A stretch of 63,122 nucleotides of DNA, filler included, from Octopus bimaculoides (lineage: Eukaryota), in the NCBI RefSeq assembly GCF_001194135.2. It is 5 parts of 4 records of this genome, joined end to end, with 100 filler letters (N's around TTAATTAATTAA, not from the genome) between each part and the next. Parts side by side here need not be neighbours in the genome. Positions count along the whole stretch, not along the records: positions 47,742 to 55,465 come from NC_068982.1; positions 55,566 to 61,806 come from NC_068986.1; 3 more parts are not named here. The stretch is one strand, 5' to 3'. The notes below the pieces were generated by a model. That model saw only the letters and a list, made by a program, of their open reading frames with translations. It did no database searches and was not told where the DNA came from. Position 1 is the first letter of the stretch; the number at the start of each line of letters is the position of its first letter. Below are positions 48,643-61,534 of this stretch, in pieces. A program made the translations under genes and the position numbers.

Positions 48643-50384
48643 TGTGAATGTAACTACAAACACCCATCGTTCATGCCGGTATGAATGGTGACGCGCATAC
48701 ATACAGAAATGTATACTTATATACATATTAGTACTTAATTTAACTATTGTTCCACGTCTAGATGACAATTAAGAGAAAAACATTTCGTCATTAGAAATTC
48801 TGCCATAATGTCTTCTCGTTTATAAATTACCTCCCCTCTGAGTCCACCACCAGCAGATACAGTTTCGTAGAGACCTAATGAACCACCGTCACAATAGACT
48901 TAGAGAGAGAAAAAGAGGACATGAAATGATAAACAGATACCAAGACAGAGAATGAGTGAGAGGTAGACTGAGAGAGAGAGATTGGTCTTGGTTGTGTCAA
49001 TAAAGTTGGGTGAATGTTTGCTTATATTCTCTGTGTGTCTGTGTGTGTTAGATTAGGAATGATGCTTAATAATTTTTGGTATTATTTGTGTGTGTGTGTA
49101 TGTGTGTGGTGATAACGAAATGTTTGATTACTAATAGTTTGTTATAAGCTTCTGTATGAGTTGGTGTGTGGAGTGGCAAGTGTGTCAGATATATAGATAG
49201 ATGGATANNNNNNNNNNNNNNNNNNNNNNNNNNNNNNNNNNNNNNNNNNNNNNNNNNNNNNNNNNNNNNNNNNNNNNNNNNNNNNNNNNNNNNNNNNNNN
49301 NNNNNNNNNNNNNNNNNNNNNNNNNNNNNNNNNNNNNNNNNNNNNNNNNNNNNNNNNNNNNNNNNNNNNNNNNNNNNNNNNNNNNNNNNNNNNNNNNNNN
49401 NNNNNNNNNNNNNNNNNNNNNNNNNNNNNNNNNNNNNNNNNNNNNNNNNNNNNNNNNNNNNNNNNNNNNNNNNNNNNNNNNNNNNNNNNNNNNNNNNNNN
49501 NNNNNNNNNNNNNNNNNNNNNNNNNNNNNNNNNNNNNNNNNNNNNNNNNNNNNNNNNNNNNNNNNNNNNNNNNNNNNNNNNNNNNNNNNNNNNNNNNNNN
49601 NNNNNNNNNNNNNNNNNNNNNNNNNNNNNNNNNNNNNNNNNNNNNNNNNNNNNNNNNNNNNNNNNNNNNNNNNNNNNNNNNNNNNNNNNNNNNNNNNNNN
49701 NNNNNNNNNNNNNNNNNNNNNNNNNNNNNNNNNNNNNNNNNNNNNNNNNNNNNNNNNNNNNNNNNNNNNNNNNNNNNNNNNNNNNNNNNNNNNNNNNNNN
49801 NNNNNNNNNNNNNNNNNNNNNNNNNNNNNNNNNNNNNNNNNNNNNNNNNNNNNNNNNCAAACAAACAAAAAAAGCAAAACAAAAAGAAACGGAAGGCAGA
49901 GGAGATGAGGTTAAGGTATCCTCCTTCTTAATTACGGCTTTCGTCTGCGTTATGAACGAAATATTATAAATACCAGGGTGGGGTCAATAGTTTCGTTAGT
50001 CTCCTAAAGGTAAATTACACGAGAGAGAGAGAGAGAGTGAGAGAGAGGGAAACAAGGAAAGAGTAAGTGATGGTGTTGGTGGTGGTGGTGGTGGTGGTGG
50101 TGGAGAGCAGACTTAATGAGCCAACTGTAATTACACTGCTGATGAACACAAATGTACTATATTACTGGAATTGTTTCTGGCCAATTTTAGTCCATTAACT
50201 CATTCATTTTAGTTTCTAACTGTCTGTCTGTTTGTCCTTCTGCCTACCTCTCCTCCCTGTTACCTTTTCTCCTCTTAAAATATCTCTACCCTCATTTCAT
50301 TCCCTCTTCCTGTCTCCCTATCTCTTAAGTAAGACTACGGCAAAATGTTATTTCCAGGTTGAAGTTAAATCCGTTTGTTTGTTT

Positions 50385-50589
50385 ACTCTCTCTTTACTCG
50401 TTTCAGTCATTTGACTGCGGCCATGCTGGAGCACCGCCTTTAGTCGAGAAAATTGACCCCAGGATTTACTCTTTGTAAGCCTAGTATTTATTCTATCGGT
50501 CTCTTTTTGCCGAACCGCTAAGTTACGTGGACGTAAACACACCAGCATCGGTTGTCAAGCGATGGTGGAAGGACAAACACAGACACATA

Positions 50590-50622
<33 letters not shown>
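50385..50622 (-). mobile_element. SINE family A 3' half
   Basis: Tail TTTCAGTCATTTGACTGCGGCCATGCTGGAGCACCGCC; internal (CA)n runs into the gap. Confidence 0.9.
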
Positions 50623-50623
<1 letters not shown>

Positions 50624-51354
50624 NNNNNNNNNNNNNNNNNNNNNNNNNNNNNNNNNNNNNNNNNNNNNNNNNNNNNNNNNNNNNNNNNNNNNNNNNNNNN
50701 NNNNNNNNNNNNNNNNNNNNNNNNNNNNNNNNNNNNNNNNNNNNNNNNNNNNNNNNNNNNNNNNNNNNNNNNNNNNNNNNNNNNNNNNNNNNNNNNNNNN
50801 NNNNNNNNNNNNNNNNNNNNNNNNNNNNNNNNNNNNNNNNNNNNNNNNNNNNNNNNNNNNNNNNNNNNNNNNNNNNNNNNNNNNNNNNNNNNNNNNNNNN
50901 NNNNNNNNNNNNNNNNNNNNNNNNNNNNNNNNNNNNNNNNNNNNNNNNNNNNNNNNNNNNNNNNNNNNNNNNNNNNNNNNNNNNNNNNNNNNNNNNNNNN
51001 NNNNNNNNNNNNNNNNNNNNNNNNNNNNNNNNNNNNNNNNNNNNNNNNNNNNNNNNNNNNNNNNNNNNNNNNNNNNNNNNNNNNNNNNNNNNNNNNNNNN
51101 NNNNNNNNNNNNNNNNNNNNNNNNNNNNNNNNNNNNNNNNNNNNNNNNNNNNNNNNGAATCCTAGAAGAAATAGATTTCGCTTGACTGGGTATCAGTTGG
51201 TATCCACATCTAGAAAATGGTAGGGATGAATGAACAAGTATTTATCGCAAATTTTAAATAATCATATACCGTATTTAAATGGCATATAAAATGCGCTATT
51301 CCCGCCCCACAAGGTCTCAAATCACTCCGGGTCCAATATGCACATGGGCATATA

Positions 51355-51701
51355 AAAGAAAAGAGTAAAGACCCCCTTCAGTCATGAATGACCATAGGAT
51401 TGCACCTAGAAAGTTCCCCTCCGAGACACAAGTCCGGACAAGGTTGTTTATGGCAAACCAGCAGTTGCCCATGCGTACCAGCCTCCTCTCTCCACACCAC
51501 TGATACTATCCCAGGGAAAGGCCATGGCTGATACAGCTTGGCACCAGTGACGTCGCAACTCGCTTCTACAGCTGAGTGAACTGGAGTAACGTGAAATAAA
51601 GTGTCTTGCTCAAGAACACCACACACAGCCCGGTCTGGGAATCGAACTCACTACCTCATGATTGTGAGCCCGACGCTCTAATCACCGAGCCATTCACCTT
51701 T
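51355..51701 (-). mobile_element. tRNA/CORE-like SINE family D, full length with TSD
   Basis: A box TGGCTCGGTG, B box GAGTTCGATTCCC, CTTGAGCAAGACACTTTATTTCACG; TSD ACA(T/C)GGGCATATA at 51342-51354 and 51702-51714. Confidence 0.85.
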
Positions 51702-51958
51702 ACACGGGCATATATCACATTCATTAATGTACTAAAAGCTATATGTGATGCTGATATTGGAATACATCTAATATACCCATGCGTGTTTTATACCATGAAA
51801 TGTGCCGTCTTTTATGCCATCAAATACAGCATCTCCAACATCTGATGGGAAGGAGCATTTATGGTTAAGCGGGAAGTCTAAAAGGAATTGGTTGACTTTC
51901 TACGATATGTTGTTTTATGAGCCTATAACATTATTGATCAGGCCCTGGTCAGTCCATG

Positions 51959-52127
51959 CAGGGCCGTCTTGAAGCATGGGGATACTAGTCAGTTGCCCAG
52001 GGGCCTCACGAGTCTCGGGCCCAATTCTGATCTATGTATGCTGAGGCAGGCTGTCAATAAATACTACAGGACCCAGTGCATTGATTTTCTCGGAGGTGAG
52101 GGCTATAATGCTGCTAAGACGGCTCTG
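51959..52127. mobile_element. Small hAT-like MITE (169 bp)
   Basis: TIRs CAGGGCCGTCTT / AAGACGGCTCTG; flanking 8-mers AGTCCATG and AAACAATG match at only 5 of 8 positions. Confidence 0.5.
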
Positions 52128-52149
52128 AAACAATGGTTATATATATTGC

Positions 52150-52360
52150 TTTCACCTTTTGGCACAAGGCCAGCAATTTCAGAGGAGAGATAGGTCGATT
52201 AGATCTATCCTAGTGCTCAACTGGTACTTATTTTATCGACCCCCGAAAAGGTAAAAAGCAATGTTGACCCTAGCGGAATTTGAGGTCAGAACGTAAAGAC
52301 AGACGAAATGTCTCTAAACATTTTACCTGGCGTGCTAACGATTCCGCTAGCTCCCCACTT
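52150..52360 (-). mobile_element. SINE family B
   Basis: Full-length match. Confidence 0.85.
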
Positions 52361-52896
52361 TAATGATTATATATATCATAACGGTGACTATCACATCTGT
52401 TTTATTCATATTGTATACAGGACTACAGTATCTCCTCTGCTTTTTTTTTCTCCAAGACTGGAAATTTAAGAGTTATATCTCGCATCCTGAGTTTCTATTG
52501 AGAAGTTACTTCGCTGGGTTGGACCAAAGACATGTTTGTGTGTGCGTTTATATACGTGCACATATATTTGTGTGAGTGGATGTATATGCTTGTATTATAA
52601 CTGGTTCCACACATTTACAATTATTTCCCTTATACTTTTTAATGCTCACGGATTAAATATTAACATTAAAAACTTTTCCTCTGCTAATACTAGCAATGCT
52701 TGTAGTGGAATATAAACTTATAGCAATAACATGTAAAGGCATTTCCCCTGCTCCAGACGAGAGTATTCTCTATTTATCTATATATGTATGAATATATGTG
52801 TGTGTGTATGTATGTATGTATGTATGTATGTATGTATGTATGTATGTATGTATGTATGTATGTGTGTGTGTGCATGTATGTATGTATGTATGTATG

Positions 52897-52947
<51 letters not shown>

Positions 52948-53994
52948 GTAGTTAACATATATGTTCAAACAAATACACATGCTGACATACGTTCATGTAT
53001 TCATAACTATCTGTCTACCCCCTCTCACTCTCCCTCTTCGCTCTCTCGATCTCTCCCCTCTTTCTCTTTTATCTCTTTCTCTCTCTCTCTCCCTCTTTGT
53101 CGTTGCGCACACTTGACCATCGTCCATCGTCAATTAGAACTAGCTCCATTTCAGAAGGGGAGGTAATCTCGAGGTTCAAAAATACGCCAATGTTAACACG
53201 GCATTAAAGAAAAGAACATGCTTATTGATTGGCGACAAGAGGACAGTCGAGAATTCATGCTTCTGGTTTAAAAGCTGTCATCAGTACGACAATTGACCGA
53301 CCTTAAAACCCAGTAGACAAGGGGACTTATGCAAAACCAGTTGAATAAATTTATGGTTTACGTAATTTGCATAATTTAAGCAAAAAATAAACTAAGAGAA
53401 ATAACTGAGTGGGCCAGTGCCGAGTATTTGAACAGCATAGACAGATACAGTGTTCCAAATAGAACATAAATTCTTGATTTATTAGAATTATCTCCGGCTC
53501 CAGAAGATGTTTCAATTACCACATAGCAATCAAAACTAGCTCAACTTGAGAAGAGGAGATGCCACTGGCCACTTTTAGTTGTTTCTCGAAGTTCACTTTT
53601 GCTTAAATTATGTAATCTTAGCATGTAAATTGTTGAAACGCGTGTACGTTATATAAAGCGTAAAACATTATATTTTCCCTGTATTTTATTAAAACTGTAC
53701 GTATTTCCATGCATTACTGTAATTTATTGACATAAAACTATGGTACCAAGACGTGAAAACGATTTTGATGTGTCCTCACAATAAACTAGGTGGAAGTTCT
53801 TGCTGAGATGAAATCTATGTTATCAAATATTAAAAAAGGAGAGTGTCTCTTCCTGAAAGCTCGATCTGCTAAAATGAGCAACCAAATTTCCCCCCAACGC
53901 CTTATATAATGAAGGTTTGCATTGAGCAAAGTGGTCCTATAATTATAAAACGATGATATAGTCACGGCTGCAAGGCTTTTGATCATAATAATAA

Positions 53995-54225
53995 CGAGAG
54001 CAGAGCAACCCCCCAAAACTGCTCTGCTGGGGACAGCTAGGATTCTGAGATTGGTACTTGAATATTGAATGTTTCCCACGATAATTAACAACCAAAAATC
54101 AACGAATATAATGTACGGTAAGAGACCTTGCGAGACCCCTGACAGCAGGCTGCTGTCCGCTCTCACGGAATCTGCCAGAACAAACAAGACCGAACGTTCT
54201 GAGAAATAAAACAACAACAACTATA
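53995..54225 (+). mobile_element. R4/Dong-clade LINE 4, extreme 3' fragment
   Basis: KTALLGTARILRLVLEY* (stop at 54066-54068) begins just after ATAATAATAAC; the 3' UTR shares AAGACCGAAC with LINE 1. Confidence 0.75.
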
Positions 54226-54232
54226 ATGATGA

Positions 54233-54914
54233 TGGTTTCAGATTTTGGCACAAGGCCAACAAGTTCGGGGATGGGAGTAAGTCGAGTTCAACTGGTACTT
54301 GTTTTATCGACCCCAAAAGGATGAAAGCAAAGTTGACCTTGTTGGAATTTGAACTCAGAACTTGAAGACGAGGTAACGATTCTGCAAACTCACTCCATTT
54401 TTATAATAGTAGTGATGGTATTGGTAGCGGTGGTGATGGTGGTAGTAATCATAGTGGCAGTAATACTGGTTTCAAATTTTGGCACAAGGCCAGCAATTTC
54501 GGGGGAGGAGTGAATCGATTACATCGTTCACTAGTTAACAATGGCACTCTTCTTTTAATTTTGACTCTATATCTTCAGGTGTTACCTCAATCCTTTCTAT
54601 ATCAACCAAAATGAAGTAGATTGATAAATTTATTTTTTGAACCCGTTGAAATATCGTTCACATAATAATCATAATAATAATAATAATAATAATAATTCTT
54701 TCTACTATAGGCACACGGCCTGGATTTTGTGGGGAGTGGGGACAGTCAATCACATCGACCTCAGCACTCAACTGGTACTTAATTCATCGACTTCGAAAGG
54801 ATGAAAAGCAAAGTCGACCTCGGCGGAATTTGAACTCGGAGCGTAGCGCCGGGCGAAATATACCGCTAAGCATTTCGACCGGCGTGCTAACGATTCTACG
54901 AGCTCACCGCCTTA
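54233..54914 (-). mobile_element. Cluster of three family-B SINE copies/fragments
   Basis: 54233-54396, 54468-54525 and 54697-54914, separated by AT-rich triplet repeats. Confidence 0.85.
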
Positions 54915-55622
54915 ATAGTAATAATAATAATAAATGATAATAATAATAATAATAAATGATAATAAATGCGCCAGCCTTGTTACAACTGCAGCTGTTAGCG
55001 TTTCGTTGATGGAGATGAAAAAGATAAGACTGTTGTTATTGTTGCTACTGTTGTTGATTTTGATCTTTCTGATGATTTTAATGAGACTGATGATAACGAT
55101 AACGAACTTGATGACGCCGCCAACATCACCGCTACTTCTGATGCTGCTGATGTCATTATTGCCATTGTTTAAAGTTCAAAAGTGATTTCTGTTCATGCGA
55201 CAAATCCTACGTTTTTTTTTTTGTTTGCTTTGTTTTGTTTTGTTTTTTTTTTTGCTCTTGTTTACGCAGCAATATGCCTGCGCGTACGTGTGTGTCATTG
55301 AACGAGCTGAAACAAACTCGGGGCCCATCGATGCCCCCGAGTAAGTTTCGATTCCACGTGCAATTGAATGAGAACCATACGAGTAATTAGAGGCACTCCT
55401 CCGCCCCACTTTGCACTTTGTCTCCACATTGCGCACGTGACCAAGGAATATAGGTTTCATGTATTNNNNNNNNNNNNNNNNNNNNNNNNNNNNNNNNNNN
55501 NNNNNNNNNTTAATTAATTAANNNNNNNNNNNNNNNNNNNNNNNNNNNNNNNNNNNNNNNNNNNNTGTGTGTGTGTGTGTGTGTGTGTCTGTGTGTGTGT
55601 GTATGTCTATGTGTGTGTGTGT

Positions 55623-55661
<39 letters not shown>

Positions 55662-55689
55662 TGTGTGTGTGTGTATATAGAAACCTGGT

Positions 55690-56420
55690 ACTAGGCATTA
55701 GTAGACAACTATGTAATCTCTCGGTCTATAGAGATCTTTATCAGGGCTGCCCCAACTACAACGATGCTTTGGCTAGGAGCGGGTTTACTGAGAATCTCAC
55801 ATATGTGGACAACCCCTAAACACCCTCTCCTCATCCCAAAAGGATTAGGTACACGAAAATTATGTGGTATAGCTCCCCTTTCAACCTAGTAGTTTCCCCC
55901 AATGTAGCTAGGGGCTTCCTGTCACTAATTAAGAAGCTCTTCCCCAGAGGCCATAGGTAATACAAACTCTTCAATCTCCATAATGCCAAAGTGAGCTACT
56001 CATGCTTAGATAATATCGCGTCTAACATTGTACGCATCAATAGACGTAAAAATGCATCCACACCACTTCCAACACCAACCCGAAACTACCGAAACCCCCA
56101 CTATGTGCCCTCTAGAAGGATCTTGTCTCTCAAGGGCCGTAGTATACGGAGCCACCCTTACAACATCCGATGGCATTACCTCGCACTATACGGGTAAGAC
56201 ATCAAATGACTTCAAAGAAAGATACTCTCTGCATATGCACTCGTCTCGTTTTCTCTGGAGACACCGTGATCTCCAAGATCTCCGAAATAAAATACTCAGC
56301 ATCAAGTGGACTATTGTCGACAGCGCCACCATATTCACCCGGTGCCCCCAACTGCGAGCTCTGCCTCTGCGAAATACGATTTATCGTATTGTTGTCATCA
56401 GAGGTATGCCCCTGTAGCAA
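55690..56420 (+). mobile_element. Penelope-like element, RT C-terminus and GIY-YIG endonuclease, decayed
   Basis: GISRQLCNLS..YNDALARSGF..IMWYSSPF..YKLFN..KVSYSC; CPLEGSCLSRAVVY..HYTGKTSNDFKERY; TAPPYSPGAPNCELC. Confidence 0.85.
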
Positions 56421-56749
56421 ATTTCAGACCTCTGATAGCCGACAACCCATATATACCACCTTAGCACCAGCTGCTACTCTGAACCGCCTGCACGAAGGTC
56501 ACCGCTACCAAGCAACTCTATTAGCAGGACCGCCAATTACCAACTCCGAACGTTTACCAACTCCCACCGCATACAAACTCCCAACATTTACCAATCCCCA
56601 ACGCTTGTTTTGCGCGTGTCTACTCACACACACGCGCGCACTGGTATGCATGCGAATATACATATGTACATATGAATGAATACGCATGTCTGTGTGTGTA
56701 TGCGTGTATGTGTGTGCATGTATGCGTATGCGCGTATGTGTGTACGTCC

Positions 56750-57250
56750 ATAATTCTACAGGTGTTACCGAAGCCACAAATTTACGATTATCCTTATATT
56801 TTATGTTAGAGAACCATTCTGTTGCACTTAGGGTGTTTGACCATAACTCCAGTTTAATCTTTTTCCTAATGGTTGGTATATACTTATCCAAGATTGCTTT
56901 TTCTAAGCTTACCTAAATCTGACTTATTGGGACATATTAATCTGACCTGAATATTACATAGATAATTATCTTTATGGTCCTTAATAGTTACATTAGGTCT
57001 AATCGGTGTAAATGGTTCGGTCCGGTCATTAATATTATACTCTAACATAATCTTTTTGGCCTCCAAGTTGATTGATTTATGGTTGCTCCTAGGGACTACT
57101 TTATATTTTTTAAGGATTTCACAGTAGATAATTTCATGGTAAGTGACAAAGTTAATTTTATAGATGTTGCGTTTCGTGTGTTTTGTTCAAAATAACCCCT
57201 TTAACGTCAATAGACCTAATCCTACCCACTAGGAAGCAACTCCACAGCAT
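56750..57250 (-). mobile_element. Penelope-like RT N-terminal fragment (inverted)
   Basis: RNIYKINFVTY..INLEAKKIM..TIKDHKDNY...VRLICPNKSDLGK..LWSNTLSATEWFSNI. Confidence 0.8.
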
Positions 57251-57254
57251 AATC

Positions 57255-57610
57255 TATGTGACTGTAGGAACAGGAATAATTGTACCTTCGGTAATACCTG
57301 TAGAAATAAGGACGTAATTTACCAATTTACAGTCACAACACAATCAAGCAAAATGAGTTACGTTGGGACAACCCAAAATGAAATAAAACGAAGACTAGCC
57401 ACGCATCAAGATCCTTTTAGAAACAGAAACAAATTTAATTCGACAGGTTTAAGTAGGTATATTTGGGAGCTCGAAGATAGTAACACTAGCTTCACATTAA
57501 AATAGGAGCTTCTCGCTACTGCACCTCCGTGTAATGAGAAAAACAGAAAATGTTACCTTTGTATTAATGAAATGTTTTTCATGCTGACAGCAACCAGGAG
57601 AAATTTGTAA
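57255..57610 (+). mobile_element. Penelope-like GIY-YIG endonuclease fragment
   Basis: CDCRNRNNCTFGNTCRNKDVIYQFTVTT..SYVGTTQNEIKRRLATH..FNSTGLSRYIWEL..TAPPCNEKNRKCYLC. Confidence 0.85.
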
Positions 57611-58770
57611 AATCTGACGTACTATGTAGAACTGTAAGTGTAGCCCGTTGAGTGAAATTTTATGTCTACACCCACTTAGAGTTAATATATAATTAGTTTA
57701 CAATTTTTAAATTATTAGATTTATTGATAGGAACAATCTAATTTAAGGGTAGTGTAATATAAGCACAGCCTGTTGAATGTAATAGTATTTTCTGCACCCA
57801 CTTTGAGTTGATATACTTTTAGTTTACAATTTTTTAATTATTAGATTTAATTAGTAGTTCATTCTAATCTTAGGTCATTTGTTATTGATTTTTAAGTATG
57901 TTTAGTAAATTGTTTGAATTAAGGAAACTTTACTCATACTACTAATTTGCCAGTGGATCCGATATTAACTGTACCCATATAGTGCTAATATATTCTTTTA
58001 AATTGTTTTATATGACAGGAACTATATAACTTTAATGATTATGTAATGCTTATTAAGCATATTTAGTTTACTGTGATAACTTGTGAGTTTTATTAATTGA
58101 TAATAATTAACATATGATCTGGTCTTAAATATTAACCGCCTAATTGTAAGTGACTTTTTATTTGTGCATTGTAGTGTATCTATAAGATGATTTTTTCTAG
58201 CGTACCTGTATATATCTAATTATTACCACATTTCTCTATATATGAGGCTAAGTCCAAATTCATTTCCTTAGTAGCCTTAATGAATCGCTGAATTACCTGT
58301 ACTAGTTGCCTCCCCTTAACTATAACCCGAGGCTACTTACTCTTGGACAGTTCCCTCTTGCATGTTATAACGTTAAGCGGCTGAAGGACATAAGCAGCCC
58401 CGCACCACGTATATCATTGACTTCGCCCCGGACACTTTATTTTTTCATGTTTATTTTTATTGACATATCCATTTTAACGGTTTTAACTTGAGACCTCAGT
58501 TCAAATCGTAAATGACTTATTGTAGAGACCGCTGGACTTAGACTTGCCCCATTGTGGACCATAAGTGGGATTCTCGGTAATATTTTCTGTGATTAAACCC
58601 TACGGTAATGTCTTCGATACATTTACTTGGGTTTACTTCGTTAACATAGGTACTTCCCTTTGATAATCATGTTAGTAAGTTTCCTTATATATTACTTTTG
58701 ATAATTTCTTTTCTTAAATTTTAAAACATCTTGCCTCCCACCCTTAAATTGGAACTACCCGTAAATAAAT

Positions 58771-59362
58771 TGTAGTATTCCGTAGACCATTACTAGCTCA
58801 TTCTTTTCCAAAGAGTGGAAGTTATGACAGCGTAATTTTATGAACGCTTACGCCTTATGGTTGTTTATAGTAATAGCAGCAAAAAATTAGAGCAGTCAGA
58901 GCGAGCCCCACCGTCTTGCATACAAAGGACATTGAGAGAGATAGTAAGACGAGAAAAAGTGTCCTAATTATAAAAGTTAGTCACTTTCCGTCGTACAACG
59001 TATGTTGTTGCGAGCAGAAACACAAATAGACGTCATCTTGTATTTGCACGAGAAGACCACGTTCCTGTGCACTCTACTCACATCTTTGTGACACACGAAT
59101 GTTTGGAAATAAAGGACTAAAATCTATATTCCCTGAGCATAGGAATTTAAACATAAAACTTGTAACTGCATAATACCTGCAACTGTTCCATTGCATACTG
59201 CATGGTTTGTAGGCTGACTTCAGTTTCGAGTGTCAAGTGCCTTTCCTTTGAACAGACCGTAGTGTAGTTGATACGTTACGAACCTGTGATCTATCGACTT
59301 TACTAACCGTGCTTCTTCGTGCAATTCAACAAAATATTACTATAAAACTTAAAGACACTACG
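58771..59362 (+). mobile_element. Possible solo LTR
   Basis: TGTAGT...ACTACG ends, TATAAAA at 58969 and AATAAA at 59108; no clear TSD. Confidence 0.25.
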
Positions 59363-59946
59363 CGAAATTATCTTTTTTACATGAGGTTTTTAAAGTTCAT
59401 TCTTCTCACTCTAACGCTTAAGATTTAAAACTTCCCAGACAAAATATATCCATGCTCACTCAAAATCGCTGAACTTATAGACCTATGCTTATGCTTATAT
59501 TTAGATAACGAACTTTTGTAATTCTCAGATCTATAACTTGGAAAAATTGCCAGAATTATTCCAGCATTCATATCAAAGGGATGTATAAAATTGATGTCAA
59601 AATATATATGAAAGGAGCAAGTTTATTACTATTTTTACTATTGGTGTTGTTGTAGTTGTTGTTATTTCATATTCACCTTTAATTGTTTGTCTGTCTGTTT
59701 GTGCAATCTAGCGATACAAGGGGTTCTGTTGAGGTGGTGTAACAGAGACAATTGAGGAGAAAGATGGCTAGAAAGAAGATATAATTGAGGAAATAAAATA
59801 CTGCTTGTTATAACGAACCGTAACCGACCCTTGATTCTGTGCAAGCGATATCGAGAAATTAACCACGTGAATATGTGTCAAATCTTTAGAAATACTCTAC
59901 AGAGGATTGCCAGCTAGACTAAAAATTATTACTTCATATCAAACAC

Positions 59947-59995
<49 letters not shown>

Positions 59996-61069
59996 GCTTC
60001 CCCCTCTCGCTCTCTTTCTCCCTCTCTCTATCTATCTCTATCTCTCTCTGTTTCTATCTCCCCACCCCTCAATTTATCTCCTCCTTTTTATCGTTTTATA
60101 CTTCATCGCTTTTCTTTTCTTTGCATCGCTTGTCTATTTTTAGCACTTTTCATTCCTATCCTTTTGATGTTTAATCAGTGAAAATATCTGAAGTCTTTAT
60201 CCTAAAATGGAAAAAAGAAGAAAGAAAATTTATTCGAATAGCTTTGTTGTTGTCGTTGTTGTTGTTGCTGTTGTTTTGTATTTCAAACCCTTTCCAACAC
60301 CAATCAATGAGGTATCAAATGTAATTGAGTTTTGCTTTCCTTTTCAACTAGTCTAATTTGGGATTCGACCTATATATTGATTTACTACGTAAGTACACTG
60401 TTTAAATTTTTGAGGTGTACAGAGATTTTTGCGATGCTCATGCCTTTCTAAATAGGACACCACTAATGTCCAATTCAGAAATATTTGAGGAAGTGGTATT
60501 CAAATATACTCCCTCGCTGCCTTAAATATTGATTTATCGGAATCGGTTCAAAGTCAACATCGAATGCTGTTGGTTATTGAACCCCGGGTCAGTCTCGGTC
60601 CAGTACATCTATGATCAACTGTGTTGTTTCCGTTAGAATCACATTTGTACAAATTCCTCCTTGGTGTCTCGAAGAGGTGAATTTTTGTAGACAAAGTTTA
60701 TCGTGAACTAAATCGACATGGTAAGTTACCGATTAGCATCCTATCGACTTTGGTGATGACGGAGATGAAGTGTGGTCTGGTAGGATTTGATTTAGGTATC
60801 AGAAATACATTGTTTTCTACAGTTTCNNNNNNNNNNNNNNNNNNNNNNNNNNNNNNNNNNNNNNNNNNNNNNNNNNNNNNNNNNNNNNNNNNNNNNNNNN
60901 NNNNNNNNNNNNNNNNNNNNNNNNNNNNNNNNNNNNNNNNNNNNNNNNNNNNNNNNNNNNNNNNNNNNNNNNNNNNNNNNNNNNNNNNNNNNNNNNNNCA
61001 CGCACACGCTCACACACACACACACACAGAACACACACAGAATATACGCATGTATGCATGCATCTTTGT

Positions 61070-61472
61070 ATATCTTTTACCTTTTATTTGTTACCTGTTT
61101 CAGTCAATAAACTGCGGCCATGCAGGAGCACCACCTTGAATTTTTAGTCGAATGAGTCGACCTCAGTACTTACGTTTTAAGCCTGGTACTTAATTTATCG
61201 GTCTCTTTTGGCGAACCGCTATGCTACGGAGACGTAAACAAACCAACACCAGTTGGCAAGTGGTGATGGAGGGGGACAAACAGAGACACACACGTAGATA
61301 TATATACATATATATACGACAGGCTACTTTCAGTTTCCGTCTACCAAATCCACTCACAAAGCTTTGCTCTTCCCGAGGCTATAGTAGAATACACTTGCCC
61401 AAGGTGCCACGCAGTGGGACTGATCTCGGAACCACGTGGTTGGGAAGCAAGCTGCTTACCACACAGCCGCGC
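61070..61472 (-). mobile_element. SINE family A, full length
   Basis: Head, central domain, internal (TA)n and tail all present. Confidence 0.9.
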
Positions 61473-61534
61473 GCGCGCGCGCGCAAACACACACATGTGT
61501 GTGTATGCGTATTTGCGTGTGTGTGTGCGTCTGT

